Positions 37,101 to 45,222 of a stretch of 64,000 nt of DNA are shown here, piece after piece. Position 1 is the stretch's first letter. Each line of letters opens with the position of its first letter. The notes below the pieces were generated by a model that ran no database searches, was not told the origin of the DNA, and saw nothing but the letters and a program-made list of their open reading frames with translations. The position numbers and the translations under genes are program-made. Origin of the DNA: Oscillospiraceae bacterium (GTDB lineage: Bacteria > Bacillota > Clostridia > Oscillospirales > Oscillospiraceae); contig JAFRIV010000013.1 in the NCBI GenBank assembly GCA_017432615.1, positions 32,689 to 96,688 of the forward strand, given 5' to 3'.

Positions 37101-37687
37101 GCATGCTGATGGCGGATTTCGCACGGGAAGAGGGACCCGAAAGCTTCTCTGACGGACAGATGGTGTCTGTAGCGGGAATTATTGAGGCCGCCCGTACCCG
37201 GACTACAAAAAACAACAACCTGATGTGTACCATTCGTCTCGAAGACGATACCGGAAGCATGGAACTGATTGCTTTTCAGCGTGCACTGGATCAGGGAGGC
37301 AGTTATGTATCGACCGGTGCAATGATTGCCGCAAAGGGGAGGATCTCTCTGCGGGATGAAAAAGAACCGCAGCTGATGGTGGAAAGTATCCGTCCGCTGG
37401 CCGAACTTGCAGGATTGGATGCACCGCCGGAAACGCCGGATTTGCCAAACCGGCAGGAGAAAAAAGACGAGCAGACGGAAAAAACGATCTGGGTAAAATT
37501 GAGATCGGAAAAAGACCCTCTGCTGGAACATATCCGCCTGCTGCTGACGATGTTTCCGGGAAGAGAGAGGCTTGTGTTATACTGTGAAGCGGAGAAAAAG
37601 CGTGTTGGTGCGAAGTGCATCATTCATGAAGCGCTGATTGCGGAGCTGAAAGAACTTTGCGGAGAAAAGAATGTGGTGGTAAAATGA
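34187..37687 (+). CDS. dnaE: DNA polymerase III alpha subunit (DnaE type)
   Basis: 1166 aa. PHP domain FVHLHLHTEYSLLDG, the catalytic palm motif MPDIDVDF, and an OB fold near the C-terminus. Confidence 0.95.
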   Translation: MSFVHLHLHTEYSLLDGACRIDRAAERAKELGMNALAVTDHGVMYGAVAFYKACKAAGIKPIIGCEVYVAPRSLRDKEHALDRDYSHLILLCRNEAGYRSLCRLVSTAFTEGFYVKPRIDWELLEKYSEGLICLSGCVRGYIPQCILRDNYEEAKRKALELQSLFGEGYFYLEIQKHGLVEEERASAGLIRLSRETGIPLALTNDAHYINKEDAYYQDVLMAIQTGKSVKDESRMKMETQELYLKSEEEMRQLFPDQQEAADNTCKIAEECNFDFEFGHYHLPKFPLPAGETDSYAYLRKLCEEGFSRRFPTRPEVHAQLDYELDMIKKMGFVDYFLIVADFIGYAKRNDIPVGPGRGSAAGSVVSYCLYITDVDPIQYNLFFERFLNPERVSMPDIDVDFCVNRRGEVIDYVNRRYGSDHVAQIVTFGTMAARMAIRDVGRVLDISYADTDRVAKQIPVSLNMTIEEALRLSKPLKDLYESDGTIQRLIDVSRALEGMPRHASTHAAGVVITERPVYEYVPLATNDGAPVCQYQMTTLEELGLLKMDFLGLRNLTVLEDAARMVRKTEPGFRVESVPEDDAETFEMLAQGKTMGVFQLESAGMTAVCTGIRARSIEDITAIIALYRPGPMDSIPRFIECSQHPEKITYKHESLRPILEVTYGCIVYQEQVIEIFRRLAGFSLGQADMIRRAMSKKKHAVIDAERHAFIYGDASRGISGAVANGVPEKVANSIYDEILDFASYAFNKAHAVSYAIVCYRTAYMKRHYPQQYMAALLSSVLDVTDKVAVYISECREMGIRLLPPDVNESEADFTVSGTNIRFGLAAIKGVGRTAVAELVREREENGFFRNFEDFLRRMAGKELNRRAIENIILAGGFDSMGYSRKAFTLTLGPALDAIAREKRDNIEGQMDLFGSLDGDDGGKNSHISIVSAPEFSRQERMSREKEVTGLYFSGHPMDDYRDAVRRAGSVPIGMLMADFAREEGPESFSDGQMVSVAGIIEAARTRTTKNNNLMCTIRLEDDTGSMELIAFQRALDQGGSYVSTGAMIAAKGRISLRDEKEPQLMVESIRPLAELAGLDAPPETPDLPNRQEKKDEQTEKTIWVKLRSEKDPLLEHIRLLLTMFPGRERLVLYCEAEKKRVGAKCIIHEALIAELKELCGEKNVVVK

Positions 37688-38340
37688 GAACAAAAGAACA
37701 GGTAAACAATATTGTGTCCGCCCTTTTGGCGGAGTATCCGGAAGCAGACTGCACACTGGATTATGCCAAACCGTATGAGCTTCTGTTTTCCGTGCGCCTG
37801 GCTGCGCAGTGTACCGATGAGCGGGTAAATCAGGTTACGCCTGCGCTTTTTGAACGCTTTCCGACACTGGAGGCATTTGCCTCTGCGGATGTGAAAGAAG
37901 TAGAGCGGTATGTCCATTCCTGCGGCTTTTACCATGCCAAGGCGAGAGATATCGTGGCCTGTGCCGGTGTACTGCTGGAAAAGCATAATGGAGAAGTCCC
38001 TTCAACCATGGAAGAACTGACGGCACTTCCCGGAGTCGGGAGAAAAACTGCCAATCTGATCCTCGGAGATGTTTTTCATGTTCCCGGGAGTACGGTAGTG
38101 GATACGCACTGTATCCGACTCAGCAACCGGCTGGGACTGGTGGACGGGATCAAAGAACCGGAAAAAATCGAACGGGAACTGCGGAAGATCCTGCCGCCGG
38201 AGCACTCCTCCACATTCTGTCACTGTCTTGTGCTTCACGGGCGTGCGGTATGCGATGCCCGTAAGCCGCATTGTGAAAAATGCTGTCTGAAAGAAAACTG
38301 TCAAACTTATGAGGAGATAAATCGATGCGAAACGGAATGA
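37684..38340 (+). CDS. nth: endonuclease III
   Basis: HhH-GPD motif LPGVGRKTANL and the [4Fe-4S] loop CDARKPHCEKCCLKENC. The ATG at 37684 overlaps the dnaE stop. Confidence 0.9.
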   Translation: MRTKEQVNNIVSALLAEYPEADCTLDYAKPYELLFSVRLAAQCTDERVNQVTPALFERFPTLEAFASADVKEVERYVHSCGFYHAKARDIVACAGVLLEKHNGEVPSTMEELTALPGVGRKTANLILGDVFHVPGSTVVDTHCIRLSNRLGLVDGIKEPEKIERELRKILPPEHSSTFCHCLVLHGRAVCDARKPHCEKCCLKENCQTYEEINRCETE

Positions 38341-39089
38341 AAGTAAAAGTAACTCTTTTCCTGGTACTGTTCCTTGTTGTCATAGCCCTGATCATTTATA
38401 TTATGACGAGCGGCAGCACGACAGAACGGGAACTTTATAATCCGAACCCTGTTGTGGCTACGGCACCCCCTGTGACCACAGCTACCCCGGTTCCGACCCC
38501 TGTACCCACTCCTGCGACCCCCGCTCCCACTCCGGTTCCGACGTTTTCCCCCACGCCCTATCAACCGACGATCACTCCCTATTATGCTCCAACCCCGACG
38601 CCCTATGCCTATACAGTTCCCACGCCGGACATTTTCCTTCATGAAACCCCGGTTCCCTATGCAGAGGCAACCCCGTTTGCCATTTTTTCCACCCCTTCTG
38701 TTTCGGGTACTTTCACATCGGATTCCGGTGCGCGGCTGAATATTCATGCAGACTGGATCGTAATACCTTCGAACACCACAGCAGAAATATCAGTGATCGT
38801 TTATGCCGATCATTATTCGATCCAGCACCATTCTTATGAGTCTCTTTTCGTAACGCTTGGCAACAGCACACAGACGCTTTATGCCAGCGAGATCTATTCT
38901 GACAGCAATGAACTTCAGCATACCGAGCTCGGCAGGACCTCATTTACGATCCCGTATACACCGGGTCAGCTGCAGACCTGGCCGCTTGATGTCAAGTGGA
39001 GGTTTAACGGAACCTACGGAAAAGACGCCAACGGGAATCCGATTTCTCTGGATACCATAGAATGCGGAGGAATTCTTACGATTTCTTAA
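38325..39089 (+). CDS. hypothetical membrane-anchored protein with Pro/Thr-rich linker
   Basis: 254 aa. TM segment VTLFLVLFLVVIALIIYIM, a linker of PVPTP repeats, and a C-terminal globular domain. An alternative start is at 38337. Confidence 0.5.
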   Translation: MRNGMKVKVTLFLVLFLVVIALIIYIMTSGSTTERELYNPNPVVATAPPVTTATPVPTPVPTPATPAPTPVPTFSPTPYQPTITPYYAPTPTPYAYTVPTPDIFLHETPVPYAEATPFAIFSTPSVSGTFTSDSGARLNIHADWIVIPSNTTAEISVIVYADHYSIQHHSYESLFVTLGNSTQTLYASEIYSDSNELQHTELGRTSFTIPYTPGQLQTWPLDVKWRFNGTYGKDANGNPISLDTIECGGILTIS

Positions 39090-39120
39090 GGGATTTACAG
39101 ATGATCGTTAAGGCTTTTCG

Positions 39121-39149
39121 TTGACGAAAGGAAAGAAACAGGGTATAAT
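39121..39149 (+). promoter_or_regulatory. consensus-like sigmaA promoter TTGACG-17-TATAAT
   Basis: -35 at 39121-39126 and -10 at 39144-39149. It is followed by a leader of about 170 nt before 39326. Confidence 0.7.
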
Positions 39150-39151
39150 AA

Positions 39152-39190
39152 TTTATTAATCCGGCAATGAACAGTTACCGCATTCATAAA
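39152..39190. promoter_or_regulatory. imperfect 16-nt inverted repeat directly downstream of the -10, candidate metalloregulator operator
   Basis: TTTATTAATCCGGCAA (39152-39167), a 7-nt spacer, then TTACCGCATTCATAAA (39175-39190). 13 of 16 positions are complementary. Confidence 0.4.
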
Positions 39191-39325
39191 TTGTTTGGAT
39201 CGGTGTTTTCCTTTCCCTTGCAGGCAATCCCGAACCCTTCAGCAAATCCTGAATCACCCGAACAACAATACGGCAAAATATACGGACAGAAAAGAAGATG
39301 ATCTGTCTAAAAAACGGAGGAAGCA

Positions 39326-39703
39326 ATGAATCTTCATAAATCCGGAGAGGACTATCTGGAAGCAATTCTGGTCCTGCAAAACAAAAATGGGTATGTCAGA
39401 TCCCTTGATATTGCGGAATACATCGGTGTAACCAAACCAAGCATCAGCAATGCCACAAAACTTCTGCGAGAAGGCGGCTTCCTGACAATGGACGGAAGCA
39501 AGCTGATTCATCTGACGCCTCTTGGCAAGGAGGTTGCCGAAAGAATTTATGAGCGCCATAAAGTACTGACGGGGCTTCTTGTCCATCTTGGGATTGAGCC
39601 GGAGATCGCGGAGGAAGATGCCTGCCGCGTTGAGCATGACATCAGCCGGGAGACGTTTGACAGGCTGCGTGAGTGCTGGCAGAAGATCAAAGCGGAGGCA
39701 TAA
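39326..39703 (+). CDS. DtxR/MntR-family metal-dependent transcriptional regulator (short form, no SH3-like domain)
   Basis: 125 aa. SGEDYLEAILVL...VRSLDIAEYIGVTKPSISNATKLLREGGF...RHKVLTGLL...EEDACRVEHDIS. Confidence 0.8.
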   Translation: MNLHKSGEDYLEAILVLQNKNGYVRSLDIAEYIGVTKPSISNATKLLREGGFLTMDGSKLIHLTPLGKEVAERIYERHKVLTGLLVHLGIEPEIAEEDACRVEHDISRETFDRLRECWQKIKAEA

Positions 39704-39733
39704 AGCAAACCCGGAGTAAAGACGAGGAAAATC

Positions 39734-40474
39734 ATGCTGGAACTGAAACATGTCTCCTTCACGGCGGAAGACGCTGAAGGAGCAGAAAACCAAAAAGAGA
39801 TCATTCGGGATCTGAGCCTTGTTGTAGAAGACAGAAAGCTCATTGTGATCACAGGGCCAAACGGAGGAGGAAAATCATCCCTTGCAAAGCTGATAGCCGG
39901 TATTGAGCGGCCTTCCTCCGGACAGATCCTTTTCAACGGAGAAGACATTACCGAGAAATCCATTACCGAACGGGCACGAATGGGTATCGGCTTTGCATTT
40001 CAGCAGCCGGTTCGATTTAAAGGTATCAAAGTGATCAATCTGCTGCGCATTGCTGCCGGACGGCAGCTTTCTGTGTCGGAAGCCTGTAATTATCTTTCGG
40101 AAGTCGGCCTGTGCGCACGGGACTATATCCATCGGGAAGTCAACGCATCTCTCTCCGGCGGAGAGCTGAAACGAATTGAGATTGCCACGGTGCTGGCCCG
40201 TGCATGCCGCCTTACGGTTTTTGATGAACCGGAGGCAGGGATTGATCTCTGGAGCTTTCAGAACCTGATCCGCATTTTTGAAGAGATGCGCCGAAACATT
40301 CATGACAGTTCTATGATCATTATTTCTCATCAGGAGCGCATCCTGAACATTGCCGATGAAATTGCCGTTCTGGCTGACGGAAGGATCGAGCGCTTCGGTT
40401 CGCGGGAAGAACTGCTTCCGGCACTGGTCGGAACGGGAAGCGTGCAGGATGCCTGCAGCAGGCTGAAAGGGTGA
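39734..40474 (+). CDS. SufC-like Fe-S cluster assembly ABC ATPase
   Basis: 246 aa. Walker A GPNGGGKSS, signature LSGGELKR, Walker B TVFDEPEAGID. Confidence 0.8.
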   Translation: MLELKHVSFTAEDAEGAENQKEIIRDLSLVVEDRKLIVITGPNGGGKSSLAKLIAGIERPSSGQILFNGEDITEKSITERARMGIGFAFQQPVRFKGIKVINLLRIAAGRQLSVSEACNYLSEVGLCARDYIHREVNASLSGGELKRIEIATVLARACRLTVFDEPEAGIDLWSFQNLIRIFEEMRRNIHDSSMIIISHQERILNIADEIAVLADGRIERFGSREELLPALVGTGSVQDACSRLKG

Positions 40475-41406
40475 TGGCTGTGGTAACATTAGACGAAGTG
40501 CAAAAGCGTTTGATCCGCGAGGTGGCAGATCTGCATGAGATTCCGATGGGGGCGTATAACTTTCGTGCAAACGGGACTCTTGCCGGCAGAAATACTACAG
40601 CAAATATTGATATTTCATCCAAAGCTGACGGTTCCGGTATCGATATCCGCATTAAACCCGGCACGATACATGAAAGCGTGCATATTCCGGTGGTGCTCTC
40701 CGAAAGCGGCCTGAAGGAAACCGTATATAACGATTTTTATGTGGGCGAAGGCAGCGATGTTGTGATTGTTGCGGGCTGCGGGATCGACAACTGCGGCACA
40801 CAGGATTCCGAGCATGACGGGATCCATCGTTTCTATCTTGAAAAAGGCGCAAAGGTGCGCTATGTAGAGAAGCATTACGGCTCCGGGGACGGTCAGGGGC
40901 AAAGGATCCTAAATCCGGTTACCGAAGTTTACATGGCGGAAAACAGCTCGATGGAAATGGAAATGGTGCAGATCAAAGGCGTTGATTCCACCGAACGTAA
41001 AACAGTGGCCGAGCTGAAACAGGGTGCGCACCTTGTGGTAAGAGAGCGGCTGATGACGCACGGGACCCAAAAAGCATTGAGTATCTATAAAGTGATTCTT
41101 AACGGAGAAAACAGCAGTGCGGATGTGGTTTCCCGCTCCATAGCGCGTGAACGTTCCTATCAGAAACTGGACGCCTGTATTATCGGCAACGCGCCCTGCA
41201 AAGGGCATACCGAGTGCGATTCGATCATTATGGATGAAGGCACGATCCTTGCGGTTCCTTCGCTGGAAGCACATCATGTGGACGCATCCCTTGTCCATGA
41301 AGCGGCAATCGGGAAAATTGCCGGAGAGCAGCTGATCAAACTGATGACACTCGGTCTCAGCGAGAAAGAAGCAGAAGAGGAGATCATCAACGGATTCCTC
41401 GCGTAA
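40471..41406 (+). CDS. SufB/SufD-family protein, short (311 aa)
   Basis: A beta-helix-type repeat region and a C-terminal ...LEAHHVDASLVHEAAIGKIAGEQLIKLMTLGLSEKEAEEEIINGFL typical of SufB/D. 4-nt overlap with the sufC-like gene. Confidence 0.75.
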   Translation: MMAVVTLDEVQKRLIREVADLHEIPMGAYNFRANGTLAGRNTTANIDISSKADGSGIDIRIKPGTIHESVHIPVVLSESGLKETVYNDFYVGEGSDVVIVAGCGIDNCGTQDSEHDGIHRFYLEKGAKVRYVEKHYGSGDGQGQRILNPVTEVYMAENSSMEMEMVQIKGVDSTERKTVAELKQGAHLVVRERLMTHGTQKALSIYKVILNGENSSADVVSRSIARERSYQKLDACIIGNAPCKGHTECDSIIMDEGTILAVPSLEAHHVDASLVHEAAIGKIAGEQLIKLMTLGLSEKEAEEEIINGFLA

Positions 41407-41427
41407 GAGAAAACGGGAGGGTGAAGA

Positions 41428-42633
41428 ATGGCGGAACAGGTAAACATCCGCATGATGGGCTATTTTGCCATTGAAGCAAATGGCACTGTTCATGAGGAAC
41501 TGATGGCCAAAAGCCGGAAAGGGGTCAGCCTGATCCAGTATCTGGTTCTGGAACAGGGCAGACCGGTTTCCAGTCAGCGCCTTATTCGCGAACTCTGGTC
41601 AGGGAGTCGAAACGGAAATCCGGAAAATGCGCTCAAAACCATGGTAAGCAGGATGCGTTCTTCTCTCAATGAAATTTCACCCGGGCTGGGAATGTGCATT
41701 GTTTCCGGGCAGGGGGGTTACCGCTGGTGCTGTGCGGAAAATGTGCTGATCGATGTTCTGAAAATAATCGATCTCCTGAAAGAACTGCATACCGAGCTTG
41801 CGGCAGAAGAGAGGATAGTCCGGACAGAACATCTCCTGGAGTTGTACAGAGGGGATCTGTATCTTACGGGTGACCTTTTCAGCGGGCAGACGATGTGCAA
41901 CTGGCTGCATAATGAGTATCTCAATGCAGTCTACCGAATGGTCGACGCGCTGAAAGAAAGAGAAGAATATAACCGTATTTGCGAGATCTGCCGGAAAGCG
42001 ACCAAAGTTGATGATCTGGATGAACAGCTTCATATAGAACTGATGCAGGCAATGGTCAACTTAAACCGTGTTTCGGATGCCGCAGCGGAATATCTTGCTT
42101 TGCGGAAAAACAGCCGCCAGATTCTGGATGCGGAACCGGGACAAAATGTGCAGGAAGCTTATGAAACACTTGCCGACGCAGGAAAGACCATAAAATTCAA
42201 TCTTGACGTCATTCGCAACGAATTACTGGAACGGGAAGATGAGTGGAAAGGCCCCTTCTTTTGCGATTATCCTGTTTTCAAGGAAATCTATAACATCCAG
42301 ATGAGAAATCTGGAACGTCTCGGTTCCACGATGTTTCTTGCGGTGATCATGCTGGGCAATCTGGAAAACAGCAGCATGACCGGTAAAACACAAAGCTGTA
42401 TGGCCGGGCTGCAGGAAATTTTACGAATGAATATGCGAAAAGGGGACATTATTACCCGCTTTTCCGAAAATACGTTTGCTATGCTTCTGCCGATGGTCAA
42501 TTATTCTACGGGAAGCCTGGTAATGGAGCGAATTGAGCATCTGTATTATCAGGAATATGCCGCGTTGGCGATTCCGTTCCACGTACGTATCAGTCCGCTG
42601 GGACAAACGCCGCTTGTAAAAGTAAAAGGATAA
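41428..42633 (+). CDS. SARP-type regulator (OmpR-like winged helix + BTAD) fused to a degenerate GGDEF-like domain
   Basis: N-terminus IRMMGYFAIEANG...QRLIRELW...ALKTMVSRMRSSL...GGYRW, then a BTAD-like helical region. The C-terminus reads RKGDIITRFSENTFAMLLP, where canonical GGDEF domains read R..D...RxGGDEFxxxLP. Confidence 0.65.
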   Translation: MAEQVNIRMMGYFAIEANGTVHEELMAKSRKGVSLIQYLVLEQGRPVSSQRLIRELWSGSRNGNPENALKTMVSRMRSSLNEISPGLGMCIVSGQGGYRWCCAENVLIDVLKIIDLLKELHTELAAEERIVRTEHLLELYRGDLYLTGDLFSGQTMCNWLHNEYLNAVYRMVDALKEREEYNRICEICRKATKVDDLDEQLHIELMQAMVNLNRVSDAAAEYLALRKNSRQILDAEPGQNVQEAYETLADAGKTIKFNLDVIRNELLEREDEWKGPFFCDYPVFKEIYNIQMRNLERLGSTMFLAVIMLGNLENSSMTGKTQSCMAGLQEILRMNMRKGDIITRFSENTFAMLLPMVNYSTGSLVMERIEHLYYQEYAALAIPFHVRISPLGQTPLVKVKG

Positions 42634-42648
42634 AAAAGGAGAAACACA

Positions 42649-42987
42649 GTGGCTACAGTTGAACAGCTGAAACAATTCGGCGCAAATACGGAAGAAGGCA
42701 TTTCAAGATGTATGGGCAGCGAAGCGTTTTATCTCCGTATGGTCGGGCTGCTCTCCAAAGACAATAACTTTGAAGCGTTGAAAAAAGCACTGGCCGAGGA
42801 TGATTTAACGACCGCTTTTGAAAGAGCGCATGCGCTGAAAGGTGTGCTTGCCAATCTTTCTCTGACGCCTGTTCTGAAGCCTGTCAGTGAGATGACGGAA
42901 CTGCTGCGTGCTCATACAGAAACAGATTATACTTCTCTGCTCTCGGAAGCCGAGGAACAGATGAATAAACTGTTTGCAATTTTATAA
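42649..42987 (+). CDS. Hpt (histidine phosphotransfer) domain protein
   Basis: 112 aa with the HALKGVLANLSL (HxxKG) motif. GTG start with RBS AAAGGAG. Confidence 0.75.
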   Translation: MATVEQLKQFGANTEEGISRCMGSEAFYLRMVGLLSKDNNFEALKKALAEDDLTTAFERAHALKGVLANLSLTPVLKPVSEMTELLRAHTETDYTSLLSEAEEQMNKLFAIL

Positions 42988-43016
42988 AGGACGGCACCCG
43001 GGAAAGGAGGACAACT

Positions 43017-43841
43017 ATGAGCCGACGGATCTGGCAGATCTTTTTGCTGGCAGTTTTGATGACCGTACTGTTTTTCTGCGCAACTGTTTCAGCCTATGCT
43101 GACAGCGGTACAGCGCTCTGGCCGGTACAGATAGGAGTCAGCAACAGCAGCGGCAAGCTGTTGGTGGATGCAAACGGTGCGTCCAACGGGTATTTTTTTG
43201 CTGCAGTAAGCGGCAGTACCAGCCACAGGCTGAAACTGCGTGTTGTGAAGGACGGCACAACGCTGACATATGATCTGAATACCAATGCCGCTTTTGAACT
43301 GTTTCCGCTGCAGTTGGGAGACGGGTATTATGAAATAGTCCTCTATGAAAATGTTTCAGGGAAAAAATACTCGCAGGAGGGCAGCGTCGGTCTTTATGTA
43401 ACACTTTCACGGCCGGATGCAGCTTTCCTGGTACCAAGCCAGTATCTCAATTACACGCAGGCGTCAGAATGTATCGCTATGGCCGACAAACTCTGTGCTG
43501 GAAAAAGTGAGAAAGAAGCCTTTGATGCAATCTGCAAATTCATGAAGACCTCTTTTGTCTACGATTTTATCAAGGCAATAAACATAAAAGCCGGACAACT
43601 CCCGGACATAGACGGATCGTATGCTAAAAAGATGGGGGTATGTCAGGATCTGTCGGCTATTATGGTGGCAATGCTGCGTACACAGGGTATTCCGTCCAGG
43701 CTGATTATCGGATATGCCGACAGCCAGTATCACGCCTGGACAATGACAACAATCAACGGGCAGGATTCCTTTTTTGATCCGACTGCCGCTATTGCAGCTA
43801 TCAGCCAGGTCAAAGACTATTCCATGGAACGGTATTATTAA
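43017..43841 (+). CDS. secreted transglutaminase-like cysteine protease-fold protein
   Basis: Signal peptide ...LFFCATVSAYA. Core GVCQDLSAIMVAMLR...YHAWT...FFDPT supplies a Cys-His-Asp triad. Confidence 0.75.
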   Translation: MSRRIWQIFLLAVLMTVLFFCATVSAYADSGTALWPVQIGVSNSSGKLLVDANGASNGYFFAAVSGSTSHRLKLRVVKDGTTLTYDLNTNAAFELFPLQLGDGYYEIVLYENVSGKKYSQEGSVGLYVTLSRPDAAFLVPSQYLNYTQASECIAMADKLCAGKSEKEAFDAICKFMKTSFVYDFIKAINIKAGQLPDIDGSYAKKMGVCQDLSAIMVAMLRTQGIPSRLIIGYADSQYHAWTMTTINGQDSFFDPTAAIAAISQVKDYSMERYY

Positions 43842-43853
43842 GGAGGAGAGAAT

Positions 43854-44897
43854 ATGGCAAGAAAGCAAAACGGACTTTCCAGTGCAGAGCTGAGCAACTT
43901 CTGCGGACAGGTGGCACTGATTCTGGAGGCAGGGCTTCCGTTATATGACGGGATGGAGACTCTTGCAGGCACAGAATCCGGAACCGGGTCTGACGGCATG
44001 TATCAGGCAGTAAGCCGCGGCGTCAATGAAACAGGCAGCCTGTATGATGCACTGAAAGGAGATGAACGCTGGCCGTCTTATCTTGTAGAGATGATCGGCA
44101 TCGGAGAACGTTCCGGGCATCTGGAGAAAGTCATGCGCGGGTTGGAAAAGTACTACGCAAGAGAGGACAGAATCCGCTCTTCCGTCGTCAGTGCGGTAAC
44201 TTATCCGATGGTTCTCAGTGTGATGCTTGTATTGATCGTATTCATCCTGCTGTGGAAGGTCCTCCCTGTATTCCGCCGGGTGCTCAACTCCATGGGCGTC
44301 GGGATGTCGGAAACGGGCAGCGCCCTGATGAAGGTAGGGTCAATTGTCGGATGGATCGTGCTGGTGCTGGTGGTGGTACTGCTGGTGGCAGCCCTTGCAC
44401 TGGTGATCCTCAGCCGGACGAAATACCGGGATAAAGTTATCGATCTGGTACAGAAAATTCCCGTTATAGCCCGGCTGAACAGGAAGCTCTCCGCTTCCCG
44501 TGTTTCCAGTGTGCTCTCCATGATGCTTTCCTCCGGTTTTCCGACGGAAGAGGCATTGGACATGACAAGTTCTGTCCTTTCCGACCCTGCTGCTGCAGAA
44601 AAGGTGAAGAGTATCCGCACGGGGCTTGACGAAGGGAAAACCTTTGCCGATGCCATTTCCGATACGGGCCTTTTTGATGAGCTGCATTCCCGCATGATCA
44701 AGATGGGGTGCGCCACCGGACATGAAGACCAGGTGCTGGGAAAGCTTTCAGAGCTGTATGAAGAGCAGGTGGAAGATGATATCAGCAGGCTGATTGCAAT
44801 CATCGAGCCGACGCTTGTTGCGCTGCTGGCTGTTGTTATCGGGGCAGTGCTGCTTTCTGTCATGCTGCCGATGGCAGGGATCCTGACCAGCCTTTGA
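43854..44897 (+). CDS. type II secretion / type IV pilus platform protein (GspF/PilC family)
   Basis: 347 aa with two T2SSF repeats, three TM segments, and C-terminal ...IEPTLVALLAVVIGAVLLSVMLP. Confidence 0.85.
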   Translation: MARKQNGLSSAELSNFCGQVALILEAGLPLYDGMETLAGTESGTGSDGMYQAVSRGVNETGSLYDALKGDERWPSYLVEMIGIGERSGHLEKVMRGLEKYYAREDRIRSSVVSAVTYPMVLSVMLVLIVFILLWKVLPVFRRVLNSMGVGMSETGSALMKVGSIVGWIVLVLVVVLLVAALALVILSRTKYRDKVIDLVQKIPVIARLNRKLSASRVSSVLSMMLSSGFPTEEALDMTSSVLSDPAAAEKVKSIRTGLDEGKTFADAISDTGLFDELHSRMIKMGCATGHEDQVLGKLSELYEEQVEDDISRLIAIIEPTLVALLAVVIGAVLLSVMLPMAGILTSL

Positions 44898-44916
44898 TGC
44901 CGCAGGGAGGAGCCAC

Positions 44917-45222
44917 ATGAACCGGCGAGATGTAATAAAACTGGTGATTTTTGCAGCAGTACTGGTCTGTGCCTTGCTGCTGATCAACCGTATTGACATA
45001 GCGCAGGGCACCGCCGAAAATGAGATCGTTCGGGACGCGATCCGCAATGCTGCCGTTACCTGCTATGCAGTTGAAGGTGCATACCCGGATTCTGTCGATT
45101 ATCTGCGCGAACATTATCGCCTTGCGTATGATGAAAATCGTTATCTGGTCACCTATGAGGCTTTTGCCTCCAACAGGATTCCGGATATCTATGTAACGGA
45201 GAGGGGGCAGAAGTTACCTTGA
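44917..45222 (+). CDS. small pilin-topology protein (non-canonical N-terminus; GspG/ComGC-like C-terminal motif)
   Basis: 101 aa. MNRRD leader, then hydrophobic VIKLVIFAAVLVCALLLI. Later comes CYAVEGAYPDSVDYL, which resembles the G.YP.sL..L motif of major pseudopilins. Confidence 0.5.
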   Translation: MNRRDVIKLVIFAAVLVCALLLINRIDIAQGTAENEIVRDAIRNAAVTCYAVEGAYPDSVDYLREHYRLAYDENRYLVTYEAFASNRIPDIYVTERGQKLP

